35,482 nt of DNA from Candidatus Dadabacteria bacterium (GTDB lineage: Bacteria > Desulfobacterota_D > UBA1144 > Nemesobacterales > CSP1-2). How positions within the stretch are numbered: the stretch's first letter is position 1; every line of letters begins with the position of its first letter. The stretch covers positions 1 through 35,482 of the forward strand of contig CAWDVW010000001.1 of assembly GCA_963805855.1 (NCBI GenBank), given 5' to 3'. Both the position numbers and the translations under genes were made by a program. Shown one piece after another: positions 1 to 10,752 of the stretch. The notes beneath the pieces are model-generated. The model was given only the letters and a program-made list of their open reading frames with translations, was not told the DNA's origin and made no database searches.

Positions 1-125
1 TCATAATATATATTATGTGAATAAAAACCTTTTAATGAGGGAAACACACAAATTTTAATAGATTTTTCTAAAATTCAATACAATCTTCCAACATCTAATA
101 GGTTTAGACCCTAGGGTGATTTTTC

Positions 126-154
126 TTGACGAGAAATCTTCTTTGTCTTATGAT
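126..154 (+). promoter_or_regulatory. sigma70-type promoter for the EF-hand gene
   Basis: TTGACG (126-131), 17-bp spacer, TATGAT (149-154); AGGAGG RBS precedes ATG 220. Confidence 0.6.
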
Positions 155-219
155 ATTGGGAATAGAATAGGTCTATGCATAAAATGGGATCATAGGTCTT
201 AATGAATAGGAGGTGTTAC

Positions 220-985
220 ATGCATTATTTCAAATACATCCCTTATTTTCTCCTGTTGATTATATTCGCTTTCCCGGTCTCGACTGATTTAGCTTACGCG
301 AAGGAAAAAATGAACAAGAAATGCAGAGCCATGGATCGGAATAATGATGGTGTCATCACTCGTGAAGAATGGCGGATTAGTATCGATAGGTCTTTTGATA
401 ACCACGATTGGAATCGTGACGGTGTCCTCTCAGGTAATGAAGTGGAGGAGGGGTGCGCCATGTGGTAAGTATGATGACGACCAGAGTCGTCATTCCGACC
501 CATTTAGTGCATTCGATCGCAACAACGATGGCGTGATTTCCCGCAGCGAGTGGACGGGTACGATCGAGGACTTTAATCGTCTGGACGATGATCAAAATGG
601 CGTTTTAAGCCTTGAGGAGTTTCATGAACGCGCCGGGAAAGATAATTTTCGCGAGCTCGATCACAATAACGATGGGGTCATTGCACGCAATGAATGGAAT
701 AACACCAGTCGGTCATTTGAAGAGCTGGATCGCAACGGCGATGGAACATTAAACCGTGATGAATTTTACAATCGGGAGCAGGTTCGAGTTGCTGTCTTCT
801 ATGAGCTCGATGTTAACAACGATGGTAGGATCTCACGCAGCGAATGGCGTAGCGATACCGAAACCTTTAACAGTCTGGACACCAATCGGGATAACCTGTT
901 GAGCGAGAATGAATTCTACTCTCGTCAAAGTGAAACCGGTGACCTTATTGAACAAATCTTTCAGGAGATATTTAAAAAGCGGTAA
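220..985 (+). CDS. Secreted EF-hand repeat Ca2+-binding protein (8 loops), interrupted by a frameshift near 444-453
   Basis: ORF 220-468 has a signal peptide and 2 EF loops (DRNNDGVITREE, DWNRDGVLSGNE); ORF ending 985 has 6 more DxNxDG-type loops; removing one G at 444-453 joins them. Confidence 0.8.
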
Positions 986-1155
986 AAATTCGCCTGCCGG
1001 GAAGGACAGGCTTCACGAGGTTGGGTGCATTATGCCTTCAATTGTATATTCAAATAGAGTACTTTGAAGAAAATGACGAAAAGCTGAAGTAGGACGGGCA
1101 TATCCAAATGGCCGATAATAAACACTCTCCAAAAACTAAGTAAATTTAGACCTAT

Positions 1156-1560
1156 CTATGATAGCTCAGTCGTTTTCCATTCTTTAATAAAGGTTATAAA
1201 TCCAATAACTTTTCTTGAACATCTTTTTCAGAATATCCAGATTTACTAACAGCCATCATAAATCGCAATAAAATTCATTGAAACGCTGCCAAATTCTGGT
1301 GGTGCTTGTCGCTTTCGTATTTGTCGTTTCAAAAATCCAATCTCTAACTCTCCTTACCAGCATCTCAGGAGATCCATAATGAGATTTTATATCATTTCCT
1401 GAAATATCTGATAAAGTTTGTTGATATCCATATTGTTCTTTTTCGAGAATGAGACATTTCTTTTCAGCCAATTTACGAGGCCGATAGGCTTTACATCCTA
1501 AACCTGATCCTAGCTCAAAAGGCATATTGAGTCTAGGAAGTTCCTTTCTTCTCAATACCG
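1156..1560 (-). pseudogene. Degraded C-terminal remnant of a conserved hypothetical protein (LPRxNMPFELG family, possibly TIR-like)
   Basis: LPRLNMPFELG...CLILEKEQYGYQQTLSDISGNDI motif; no N-terminal half; tail continues past stop 1256 in other frames (SGYSEKDVQE, FITFIKEW) to TAG 1156-1158. Confidence 0.55.
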
Positions 1561-1689
1561 TATAGCAGCCACTCAATCCCTGTGGGACCAAGCTCAAACT
1601 AGAAGAAATATATTCTATTAAGAAAAAATTATGTATATTAGATGACAGCTACACATAATACTCTGCGATTTTCCTCTTCGGGAGGCAAA

Positions 1690-2411
1690 ATGTCTATAGA
1701 AAATGACGACACTCAAATTGACATTAGTGAGAAGGGAAGAGCTAAAGACGGCGCTCCTATAAAACTTAACCGTAGGCTGTTTATGCAATTTCATGCCTTC
1801 GGAAACTGTAGCGACACCTCACCTCTAATTGAGGCCGTGGAGCATTCAACAGTAGACGGCACACTCTATTTGGATATCAACGACCCCACTGGGGTGGGCA
1901 TTATATCAATGGAAGAAGACCCTGATCTTTTTATAACTAAAACCCGCGCTTTGCTGAATCAATATGCCTTTCGTAAATTGGTTCCCAAGCCAGAGTATAC
2001 AATGCTTGGCCGGACTTACTCGTTCGGATACGAACCCGATCTGGAGGCAACGCTTATTAATGAGCCACGCCGAAGAGTTCTAGACCCCGAATGGCCATGG
2101 GCTATATGGTATCCACTTCAAAGAGGTAAAGAATTTGAAACACTCTCGGAGGATATACAGCGTGCGGTACTGGGAGAACACGGCAAGATTGGCTTCAAAT
2201 TTGGCAAAGCTGGCTTTGCCAAGGACATTCGCCTCGCCTGCCATGGATTGGATAAGAATGACAATGACTTTGTAATTGGCCTTCTGGAAAAGAACTATAC
2301 CCGCTATCCTGCGTCGTACAGGCGATGAGAAAAACAAAACAAACCGCTATGTACCTTGACTCGTTGGGTCCATTTTTTATAGGAAAGGCAGTATGGCAAA
2401 GCAAATTGTAG
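1690..2411 (+). CDS. Chlorite dismutase / coproheme decarboxylase (ChdC/HemQ) fold heme protein, frameshifted near 2286
   Basis: WYPL, EHG proximal His and LACHGLDKNDNDFVIGL motifs; adding one G at 2286-2287 restores GKELYPLSCVVQAMRKTKQTAMYLDSLGPFFIGKAVWQSKL* (TAG 2409-2411); GGAGG RBS before ATG 1690. Confidence 0.8.
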
Positions 2412-2502
2412 GAGTGCTACGTTGTTTAGTTACGCATAAGGAAAACAACATCTTCTATTTTAACTCTCCTCCGTTATCCCCTATCGTCTTATAAATATTT
2501 GT

Positions 2503-3150
2503 TTACTGTGATTTGTCCTGATTGGGCGTTGATTTAATCTTATCAGCAAGATCCTTTGCCAACACATTTTGAAACTTTATAAATAATTGAGGATTTATCT
2601 GATTTAAATTCCTTAATTTCTCCTGATTCCATACAATATACTCAACCGGTCCATTCGCAAAGACATCCGCCGACGCAGGATTGCCGGTGAAAAAGCTCAT
2701 CTCTGCTATGAAACTTCCCCTGGTTAACTTTGCTATTACTTCACTACCCTTCACCACGTTGAAAGTGCCGGATAGGATAAGTACAAGTTCTCTTTGATGC
2801 TCTCCCTCTCGGATCATCTGATCTCCTTCTCTCCTTTCAGTTCTTCCCATATTCCAAAACGTCAAAAATTCTCTCCTGCTCATCGAGCTGAAGACCCGTT
2901 CGTATAAATCCGTTAATTCTGCAGGTAGTTCGATCTTCGTCCGCTCCCTTAAGAGTCGGGCTATTTGAAATGAATTTATGCCGAAAAACAACACATTCCA
3001 AAATGAAACATATAAGTTATCAGAGAAATAACCGAACGAAACCAGGCTCAATTGCCCCAATATTAGAATACTCCTTAATAAAAGGATATCCTTAGCCGTC
3101 AGGGCCAGGAACATGAAAAAATACCCCAGATTTACGAGTATATAAGTCAT
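2503..3150 (-). CDS. Membrane-anchored cyclic nucleotide-binding (Popeye-like) protein
   Basis: About 3 short N-terminal TMs (KDILLLR, FWNVLF) followed by a cNMP-binding domain (GSFIAEMSFFTGNPASADV). Confidence 0.8.
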   Translation of the reverse strand: MTYILVNLGYFFMFLALTAKDILLLRSILILGQLSLVSFGYFSDNLYVSFWNVLFFGINSFQIARLLRERTKIELPAELTDLYERVFSSMSRREFLTFWNMGRTERREGDQMIREGEHQRELVLILSGTFNVVKGSEVIAKLTRGSFIAEMSFFTGNPASADVFANGPVEYIVWNQEKLRNLNQINPQLFIKFQNVLAKDLADKIKSTPNQDKSQ

Positions 3151-3316
3151 GGCAACACCCCTTTGAAGTTTTGATATGCATATGACAGGTCCACATCAAA
3201 ATACAATATTAAGATTAAAAAAAATACTTACAACATTCGCTATTTTAACTCATCCTTGAATTTCAAATTGTGGTTGGTTAGAGTATAAAATAATTTCGAT
3301 TGAAGGGGGCATATTG

Positions 3317-3967
3317 ATGCGCAGATCATATTTTTTAAAAGCATTTATATATTCTGTGTTTATTCTGGCAATCGGTTTTGCTACTACATTTGCTGTAGGA
3401 ATAGCTGAGGAAGAACCTGCTAAGGAGACTCAGTCAGAAGAGAAAGTTGTCACAGATCACAATCAAGCCTCAGATATGGAAATATGGAAGGAATATGCAA
3501 CTCCCAATGAAAACCATAAAGTTTTAGACGCATTCGTAGGGAATTGGGATTACGCGGTAAAGTGGTGGGCTTCTCCGAATTCTGAGCCCGAGATATCGCA
3601 AGGAACCAGTGAGGCCAGATGGATAATGGACGGACGATTTCTGGAGAAAACTGCTCATGGGACATCAATGGACCAGCCCTTTGAAGGAATGGGAATTACC
3701 GGATACGACAACGCTAGAAAGGAATATGTTTCTGTGTGGATCGACAATATGGGTACAGGTGTAATGGCGTCGAGTGGTAAATATGTCACTTCTACAAAAA
3801 CCCTTGAAGAAAAGGGGGAATTTACACAACCTAAAATGGGTGAAACAACATTTAGGGGTGTGACAAAGATTATTAACGACGATAAATTCGTTTATGAAAT
3901 GTATACAAAAGACAAAGACTGGCAGGAGTATAAAGCCCTAGAGATTACTTACACAAGAAAAAAGTAA
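3317..3967 (+). CDS. DUF1579 domain exported protein
   Basis: Signal/TM segment; GNW, GRFL, FEGMGITGYDN..K.YVSVWIDNMGTG motifs. Confidence 0.85.
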   Translation: MRRSYFLKAFIYSVFILAIGFATTFAVGIAEEEPAKETQSEEKVVTDHNQASDMEIWKEYATPNENHKVLDAFVGNWDYAVKWWASPNSEPEISQGTSEARWIMDGRFLEKTAHGTSMDQPFEGMGITGYDNARKEYVSVWIDNMGTGVMASSGKYVTSTKTLEEKGEFTQPKMGETTFRGVTKIINDDKFVYEMYTKDKDWQEYKALEITYTRKK

Positions 3968-3979
3968 AATAATGAATAA

Positions 3980-4003
3980 CCCTGCAGAAAGCTGCAGGGG
4001 ATC
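3980..4003 (+). repeat. Palindromic repeat of the CCCCGCAGCAAGCTGCGGGG family; may also terminate transcription
   Basis: CCCTGCAG-AAAG-CTGCAGGG perfect 8-bp stem just after stop 3967; related copies at 17228, 17516, 25231 and 35215. Confidence 0.6.
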
Positions 4004-4228
4004 AGCGCATAGACAGAGAGGCACTTCACTCATCGCATTAACGGTTGCTTCTCTAGAAGGATCACAGGTATGAATGCAAACTTATTAAGTAAATTTCTAA
4101 TTACTAAGTCTAGAGCGTGTCGCCATCTAAACGCCTATATTACAGAATCTAAGATAACAATTAAGTGAATGACTAAAGTCCTCTGCCACAACTCTTCTTC
4201 ACGGCCGGAAGCTGTTCATAAATTACAT

Positions 4229-4252
4229 ATCCGGAGGTTTCCAACCTCGGAT
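4229..4252 (-). terminator. Hairpin downstream of the K+ channel gene
   Basis: ATCCG(G)AGGTT-TCC-AACCTCGGAT stem with one bulge, 20 nt past the stop. Confidence 0.45.
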
Positions 4253-4271
4253 CCTGAATAATTCAGAATAT

Positions 4272-5090
4272 CTATAACTTCTCTCCGCAGAACTTGCAAT
4301 GCTTCGCATCATCATCATGTCCTTCAGCACTGCAATACCTGCATGCCTGGGTTGAAATGCCTCGTGTAAATACCTGTGATAATTCTACACTAACGATTCC
4401 TGCTGGAACTGCAATGATACTGTACCCTATCATCATTACGACGATTGAAACTGCCTGACCAAGACTAGTTTGGGGAGCTACGTCACCGTAACCAACCGTT
4501 GTAAGTGTTACAATAGCCCAGTAGATGCTAAAGGGTATGCTAGTAAAACCATGCTCTTCTCCCTCAATCATATACATTATAGAACCTAAAATTACTACAA
4601 TCGTAATAACTGCAAACAGAAATACCATTGTCTTCCTGCTACTTGCCCTTAAGGCTTTTACAAGCGAATTGGCCTCCCCAATATACTTGGCAAGCTTTAA
4701 AATACGAAATATCCGTAGAACCCGTAATATCCTGATTACCAAAAGGAATCGCGTGCCAGGAAAAACCAAATCCAGATAAGTTGGTATAACTGTCAAGAGA
4801 TCAACCATCCCAAAAAAACTTGTAGCATACTTAACAGGCCGCCTTACACAAATTAATCTCAGTACATATTCAATACTGAATATGATAGTAAAAACCCACT
4901 CAAGGTAATAAAGTAATCTTTCATAATCATCTCTAATCCAGTCAATACTATCGAGCATGACAACAATAACGCTGAGAATAATGGTTAGTATTAACAACTC
5001 ATCAAATAATTTTCCTACAGGTGTATCTGCTTCAAAAATTATTTCATGAAGTTTCTCTCTCCATTCATTAATCTTTCCTTGATTATTCAT
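4272..5090 (-). CDS. 6-TM voltage-gated potassium channel (ion transporter) with C-terminal Zn ribbon
   Basis: S4 RILRVLRIFRILK, selectivity filter TTVGYGD, terminal CxxC...CxxC. Confidence 0.93.
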   Translation of the reverse strand: MNNQGKINEWREKLHEIIFEADTPVGKLFDELLILTIILSVIVVMLDSIDWIRDDYERLLYYLEWVFTIIFSIEYVLRLICVRRPVKYATSFFGMVDLLTVIPTYLDLVFPGTRFLLVIRILRVLRIFRILKLAKYIGEANSLVKALRASSRKTMVFLFAVITIVVILGSIMYMIEGEEHGFTSIPFSIYWAIVTLTTVGYGDVAPQTSLGQAVSIVVMMIGYSIIAVPAGIVSVELSQVFTRGISTQACRYCSAEGHDDDAKHCKFCGEKL

Positions 5091-5427
5091 ATAAAGTCCT
5101 CCCTTGGTTTTAACCTATTACTTAATTTAAGTTTATTATGCATCAGAAAATAGGGACAGTAACTAATTATTTAGTTAGCAAAAAGTATCACTGAAAGATA
5201 AAAATCAAGTTATTCAAATGAGTCCTCAAAAAACACATAAGGTTATTAGTGGGTTAAGTGAAAAAAGTAATCAATTCAAGCATTGTGGATTCAAAATAGA
5301 AAAAAAGTCTCTGTACTTTTTTTATAATGCATTTACTCTTTTTTAGAATTAGACAATCATTTCTCGAGTACTTATCCACCGTTTTCTATATTGACGTTTT
5401 GAGTGGTAGAATATAAACGCTTAGAAA

Positions 5428-6774
5428 ATGACTGAGCTCGTAAAAAAGTTAAATGATTTTCTCACAAGGGATCTTTGGCACATAGATCTCTCTTCTCTAG
5501 ATAAATTTAAAGCCTTTCTGATTCAATCATTAAGATTAATTTACACAATAGTGCGTGAATCAATTGAAAGTGAAATCACCCTCAGGTCGATGAGTCTCGT
5601 ATACACGACACTTTTATCGCTCATTCCCCTTATAGCTTTAAGCTTTTCTATCCTCAAAGCGTTTGGAGTTGTCGACACCCAGCTCGAACCACTTCTTCAT
5701 AAATTTTTGGTGCCGCTTGGGCCAAAAGGGGCAGAAATAAGCCAGAAGATACTGGAATTTGTGAAAAATACGAAGGTGGGTGTGCTCGGCATAGTCGGTC
5801 TCCTACTGCTCATTTACACAGTTATATCACTGGTCAATAAGCTTGAGAGTTCATTAAACCACATTTGGCGAGTGAAGAAAGGGAGAAGCATCTCTAGGAT
5901 ATTTAGCGACTATTTAAGCATGATTCTTATAGGTCCTGTCCTTATATTTGCCTTGTTTGGCCTTACTGCCAGTCTTCTCGGAACGACAATCATACAAAAA
6001 ATATCATCTATCGGACCGATTGGAGCCTTTATAACTCTTTTCGCCGGGAAGCTGCTGTCATTCATAATTGTCATGGCAATCTTTACCTTTCTGTACATCG
6101 TTATTCCAAATGTGAGGGTAAATTTTAGATCCGCCCTAATTGGAGGTTTGGTAGCAGGAATTGCCTGGCAAGCTGTAGGATGGATTTTTGCAACGTTTGT
6201 TGCAACATCGGCAAGGTATGCAGCAATTTATTCTGGTTTTGCAGTGCTAATACTCTTCATGATCTGGCTTTATGTAAGCTGGCTGATACTTCTCATTGGA
6301 TGCGAAGTGTCTTACTGTCATCAAAATCTAAAGACTCTTTCCCTGGAAGAACAATCATTCAATTTGAGTCACAGGTTAAAAGAAAAACTTGCCTTATTAA
6401 TAATGTATCTGATTGGATACAACTTCTATCACAACAAACAACGATGGACCCTGAATTCACTTGTTGATCATCTGCAGCTGCCACATCAGCAGATTCAGGA
6501 TTGCCTAATTCAGCTGGAAGATCAACAGCTAGTTACCGAGACCGGGGACAAAGAACCGGCATACTTGCCGGCAAAGAGCATCGATACGATAAAAATCAGG
6601 GAAATCATAGCAGCGGTAAGAAGCGGCTATAGAGATAATGCTACTTTTGAGAAGCAAAATCACAGCATTCCAGAAATTGATGAAGTGACTGATAGAATTG
6701 ACGATGCTATTCACAGTGCATTGGGAGAAGAAAATCTAAGAGATATTGTCATTTCAAAAAACGATATAACATAA
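5428..6774 (+). CDS. YihY/BrkB family membrane protein with C-terminal winged-helix (Rrf2-like) domain
   Basis: SLVYTTLLSLIP, LNHIWRV, IYSGFAVLILFMIWLYVSWLILLIG; soluble C-terminus with YLPAKSIDTI. Confidence 0.88.
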   Translation: MTELVKKLNDFLTRDLWHIDLSSLDKFKAFLIQSLRLIYTIVRESIESEITLRSMSLVYTTLLSLIPLIALSFSILKAFGVVDTQLEPLLHKFLVPLGPKGAEISQKILEFVKNTKVGVLGIVGLLLLIYTVISLVNKLESSLNHIWRVKKGRSISRIFSDYLSMILIGPVLIFALFGLTASLLGTTIIQKISSIGPIGAFITLFAGKLLSFIIVMAIFTFLYIVIPNVRVNFRSALIGGLVAGIAWQAVGWIFATFVATSARYAAIYSGFAVLILFMIWLYVSWLILLIGCEVSYCHQNLKTLSLEEQSFNLSHRLKEKLALLIMYLIGYNFYHNKQRWTLNSLVDHLQLPHQQIQDCLIQLEDQQLVTETGDKEPAYLPAKSIDTIKIREIIAAVRSGYRDNATFEKQNHSIPEIDEVTDRIDDAIHSALGEENLRDIVISKNDIT

Positions 6775-6799
6775 ATGTTAAGAAGTTTTTCCTATTAAT

Positions 6800-7864
6800 T
6801 CACAACCATTTTTTTCTCTTAAAATAAAGAATCATCGAAATTGCCACAATTAACATCAACGATAAAGTGAAAGGGTAACCCCAGCTAGCGTGAAGTTCCG
6901 GCATACCCTCGAAGTTCATTCCATAGATACCAGCGATAAATGTGAGTGGAATAAATATTGAAGCCATAATTGTTAGCACCTTCATTACCTCGTTCATCCT
7001 ATTGCTGGCGCTGGTCAGGTATATGTCAAGCATCCCTGATACCATCTCACGCATAGTCTCTATCGTATCAATCACCTGAACGGTGTGATCATATAGGTCC
7101 CTGATATAAATGGACAGAGATTCATCAATGAGGGCAGATTCCGACCTTTCTAACCCGTTTACCAATTCTCGAACTGGCCACACCGACTTTCTCAAAAAAA
7201 CCATCTCCCTTTTCATTCGGTGTATTTCTTTTATAGTGTTCTTATTGATACTATTAATTAACTCATCTTCTATGGCTTCAATCGCATCCGAAAATTTCTC
7301 AAGAATTATGAAGTAATTATCAACAATGGTATCTAATAGTGCATAAGCTAAGTAATCAGTTCCTGACTTCCTTAGCCGCCCTTTCCCTTTTCTTATCCTT
7401 TCGCGCAAGGGATTGAATACATCCCCCACCCTTTCTTGAAAAGTAAATACAATATTGTTACCGACTACGATGCTCAACTGCTCTGCTTTTACTATTTTCT
7501 CAATTTCGTCGTAGTAGAGCATTTTTATCACCATGAAAATGTATTCACCATAATCCTCAATCTCAGGCCTTTTATCTGTATTCAAAATATCTTCCAGCAT
7601 AAGCGGATGAAGATTAAAGTGCTCCCCAATCTTTTCCATCACGCCGACATCGTGAAGACCATCTATGTTTATCCATGTAACATTATTTTTATCTCTGTAC
7701 GGGAAGATATCTTCAATTGTATTTACCTCCGTTTCCTCGAGTTGATTCTCGCTATAGTCAATAATGCGAATCCTCGTTTTATCGACCTTTTTTTCACCAA
7801 CGTGAATCAATGCGCCCGGATGCAATCCGATTTTCTCAGTAGCTTTTTTTATGAATCTAGTCAC
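6800..7864 (-). CDS. corA: Magnesium/cobalt transporter CorA
   Basis: WINIDGLH, HPL.LEDI, MNEVMKVLT, YGMNF signature and 2 C-terminal TMs. Confidence 0.96.
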   Translation of the reverse strand: MTRFIKKATEKIGLHPGALIHVGEKKVDKTRIRIIDYSENQLEETEVNTIEDIFPYRDKNNVTWINIDGLHDVGVMEKIGEHFNLHPLMLEDILNTDKRPEIEDYGEYIFMVIKMLYYDEIEKIVKAEQLSIVVGNNIVFTFQERVGDVFNPLRERIRKGKGRLRKSGTDYLAYALLDTIVDNYFIILEKFSDAIEAIEDELINSINKNTIKEIHRMKREMVFLRKSVWPVRELVNGLERSESALIDESLSIYIRDLYDHTVQVIDTIETMREMVSGMLDIYLTSASNRMNEVMKVLTIMASIFIPLTFIAGIYGMNFEGMPELHASWGYPFTLSLMLIVAISMILYFKRKKWL

Positions 7865-8004
7865 GACATCTTTTCCGCCATTACTTTTAACGTTGATTAT
7901 AATAAAATATATAATCTCAATAAATTACGAAATGATGTATTACAAAATAAGCCCCGACCGTATTACCGTCGTGATGACTTGAATTTATTTCATCGATAGC
8001 GAAT

Positions 8005-9804
8005 TCATGTTTCTTTAGCTTCATCTTCCATCGTAGCTAACTCATCAGATAATTCTTTTTTTAATTCGATCTGCAGATTATTCTTAAACCACACGTCCCT
8101 CTGCGGAAATGGTACGACTATTCCCTCTTGCTGCAGCTCATCCCAACCCTTGAAGTAAATTTCACTCACGATGGGATTAATCTTCCACAGCATCCTAATA
8201 TTAACCCATATCAGCAATTCAAAGATCAAAGCGCTGTCAGCCATCTGCGAAAACCAGACACCCGGCGTCGGATACTTCAGTATTTGAGAATTTTCTTTAA
8301 CAACTCCCAAAAGAATCTCCTTTACCTTCTTTGGGTCGGAGCTATAAGATACGCCAAATGGAATTCTCACCCTTATATAATATCAGATAAGCGAGTAATT
8401 CACGATCTCTTGCGTTATGAATTGCGAATTGGGAACAACAACCTCAATTCCATCGGTCGTGCTTACAATGGTACTCAGCACATCTATGCTGTTGACCCTT
8501 CCATAAATGGTCTCTAAGCTGTTTCCGATCGCCCTCCCGGCATTACCCTCTATTTCAACTATATCCCCTACCTTTAGCTTTTTACTGAAAAGTAAAATAA
8601 AACCGCTTAGATAGTTATTCATTATGCTCTGAAGACCAAAACCAACTCCTATGCCCAATGCCCCCGCTACAGGTAACAATGCCTTCCATGTAAAACCGAG
8701 GTTTGAAAGACATATAACCACAACCATTAGGAGACCCAGATTTGATACTATAGCCCTTAATGATCCCGCTTCCACCTCCTTATTCCTGCTGATGTAATAG
8801 TAGTAGACCCAGTGTTTCGCAATAACTACTAATGAAAGTAGAATGACAAAACTAAAGATCGTAGAAATTGCTGAAAATAGAGAAATACCAAAAAGATCAG
8901 TCTTAATGATGTACAGATTACTGAGATAATTAACTGCAAATCCAATATAAAAAAATACTTCAAAAACCTTGAATAGGACGTACGCCAGAATTAGTGTAAG
9001 AAAGAGGTTAATGTTATTCGATAGACCCTGATATCTTTCCTCCCGCTCTTCAATCTTCGGGATAAGATAAGTAGTAATGTATGTTTTTACAAAGGCATAA
9101 AATGTGATTGCTACAAAGCATAGAACGACACCAGTTATGTACGATGATGCGAAACCAGGCAGTTTCAAGACCCAGAGGGCAGCTATGATAATATAGATGA
9201 CGGAGAGGATGGAAATAACATTGTCTAGTACACCTTTTGTGATATCAAGCTTTTCCGGAATGATTTCCCTTATAGACCTCAGACCCCTGAACAAGATAAT
9301 GTATATCAATGCAATTACCGAGGCCTTGAATATCAATAAAAAAACCTCTTCAAGCTCGGGCGAGACAAAATACTTATCATTCAAATTCAATAGGGCCAGG
9401 CCCAAAGTAGCAATTAAAAGTAAAATATAAGAACTTAAGTTCCAGGGAAGATTATCCAAACTTAGCGGTCTTAAAAGATTACGAAACAACATGTAACCAA
9501 GATAGAGAAAAGCAATAGAATTAAATATGATTAAGGAAACGGCACCCCTTGAAACGTCTTTTGCAATATAAATTATGATCAGATATAAACCAGGAAAAAC
9601 CAAGTCATTTAATAGCAGAATCAGCGATTTATTTTTCTCTACCCTCTTGGAGATTAAATTGCGTACTTTCTTCTGCGCTACGATTAAAAATGCTAGAATT
9701 ATGACAAGGGAGGCAGCGGTGACTAACTCATGAACTAAATTTTGTTCAAGAATTTTAACAACCGCTAAGACGAAGTCATCGATCTGGGTTACAAAATCAA
9801 GCAT
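8005..9804 (-). CDS. MscS family mechanosensitive channel with extended N-terminal TM region; in-frame TGA at 8383-8385
   Basis: GALGIGVGFGLQ, KVGDIVEI, VVVPNS; ORFs 8383-9804 and 8005-8370 are in the same frame (NYSLI*YYIRVRIPFGVSY...PFPQRDV). Confidence 0.88.
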
Positions 9805-9821
9805 TATTAAAAACCATTATA

Positions 9822-10691
9822 TCAGAATTTGAAGCCGTCATTTATAAAACAATGATAAAGGATAAAATAATATGACACGGGAAATACCAAGATTAGGCTA
9901 TCAAACCTGTCCAGAATCCCTCCGTGACCGGGGAGGATCGCTCCAGAATCCTTTACACCCACAATTCTCTTTATCTTAGATTCAAATAGGTCGCCGAATA
10001 TTGCACTAATAGCCACAATCAAACCTAAAAAGAAAACCCATGAGTAAGATAGGGGAGAACCGAAAATAAGGTTCACAACTACTCCAGTGATTATCGATGA
10101 TATGAACCCTGCAATAGTTCCAACCACGGTCTTTCCTGGACTTATACTTGGCGAAAGCTTTTTCTTCCCCTTCCACTTTCCGATGTAATAAGCGCCTGTA
10201 TCATTTAAAAAGCTACAGGTGACGACGAATATAATATAGAAAAATCCCGAATCCCTTAGACCTTGATTGGATTCACCGAGAACCCTCATATATTCGCTGT
10301 CGCCGATATTCCGCAACAGGATGGCGTGACTGAGAAACCACCCGAGATATATTATCGCCAAAAGATTCACGGCTGTTTGTGCAAAGACGTCACCTTCTTG
10401 CTCTTGCATCAGCATAAGAAGAAGTGTGATAATGATGATGGCAGTAGAGACAATGCTAAAATAAACAAAACCAAAATATGCAGCCGCAGGCAAAATTACC
10501 CCGGATAAGAAGATTAGTCCCTTTTGGAGAGGGTATCCTTTTTTTTTTAACATAACAATGAGCTCAAACTCTGCCATAAGAATCACTATTAGAAAGAGTA
10601 AGAGAAACCATACTCCTCCAAGATAGAAAATTAAATAGAGAATGGGAATCCCGATTACGGAGGTTAGAATTCTCTGGTAAGGTTTGTCCAT
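9822..10691 (-). CDS. cdsA: Phosphatidate cytidylyltransferase
   Basis: DTGAY, SPSISPGKT, GDLFESKIKR..GVKDSG.ILPGHGGILDRFDS signature. Confidence 0.95.
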   Translation of the reverse strand: MDKPYQRILTSVIGIPILYLIFYLGGVWFLLLFLIVILMAEFELIVMLKKKGYPLQKGLIFLSGVILPAAAYFGFVYFSIVSTAIIIITLLLMLMQEQEGDVFAQTAVNLLAIIYLGWFLSHAILLRNIGDSEYMRVLGESNQGLRDSGFFYIIFVVTCSFLNDTGAYYIGKWKGKKKLSPSISPGKTVVGTIAGFISSIITGVVVNLIFGSPLSYSWVFFLGLIVAISAIFGDLFESKIKRIVGVKDSGAILPGHGGILDRFDSLILVFPVSYYFILYHCFINDGFKF

Positions 10692-10752
10692 TGCAGTTAA
10701 GTGGATATAATTTCCATGATAATAAGGGCTATTGCAAATCGAAATTTTCCAG

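Noticed and set aside
344-440. Hydrophobic N-terminus of the 213-aa ORF as a real TM
   Set aside because: Off-frame reading of EF-hand-coding sequence upstream of the frameshift
5372-5380. DnaA box / origin
   Set aside because: Single 1-mismatch box (TTATCCACC), no cluster
7436-7999. 187-aa plus-strand ORF and other antisense or nested ORFs in the track
   Set aside because: Shadows of well-supported genes such as corA
8383-8385. Selenocysteine or genetic-code reassignment of TGA
   Set aside because: Not a Cys position, no evident SECIS hairpin, and TGA terminates many other genes here
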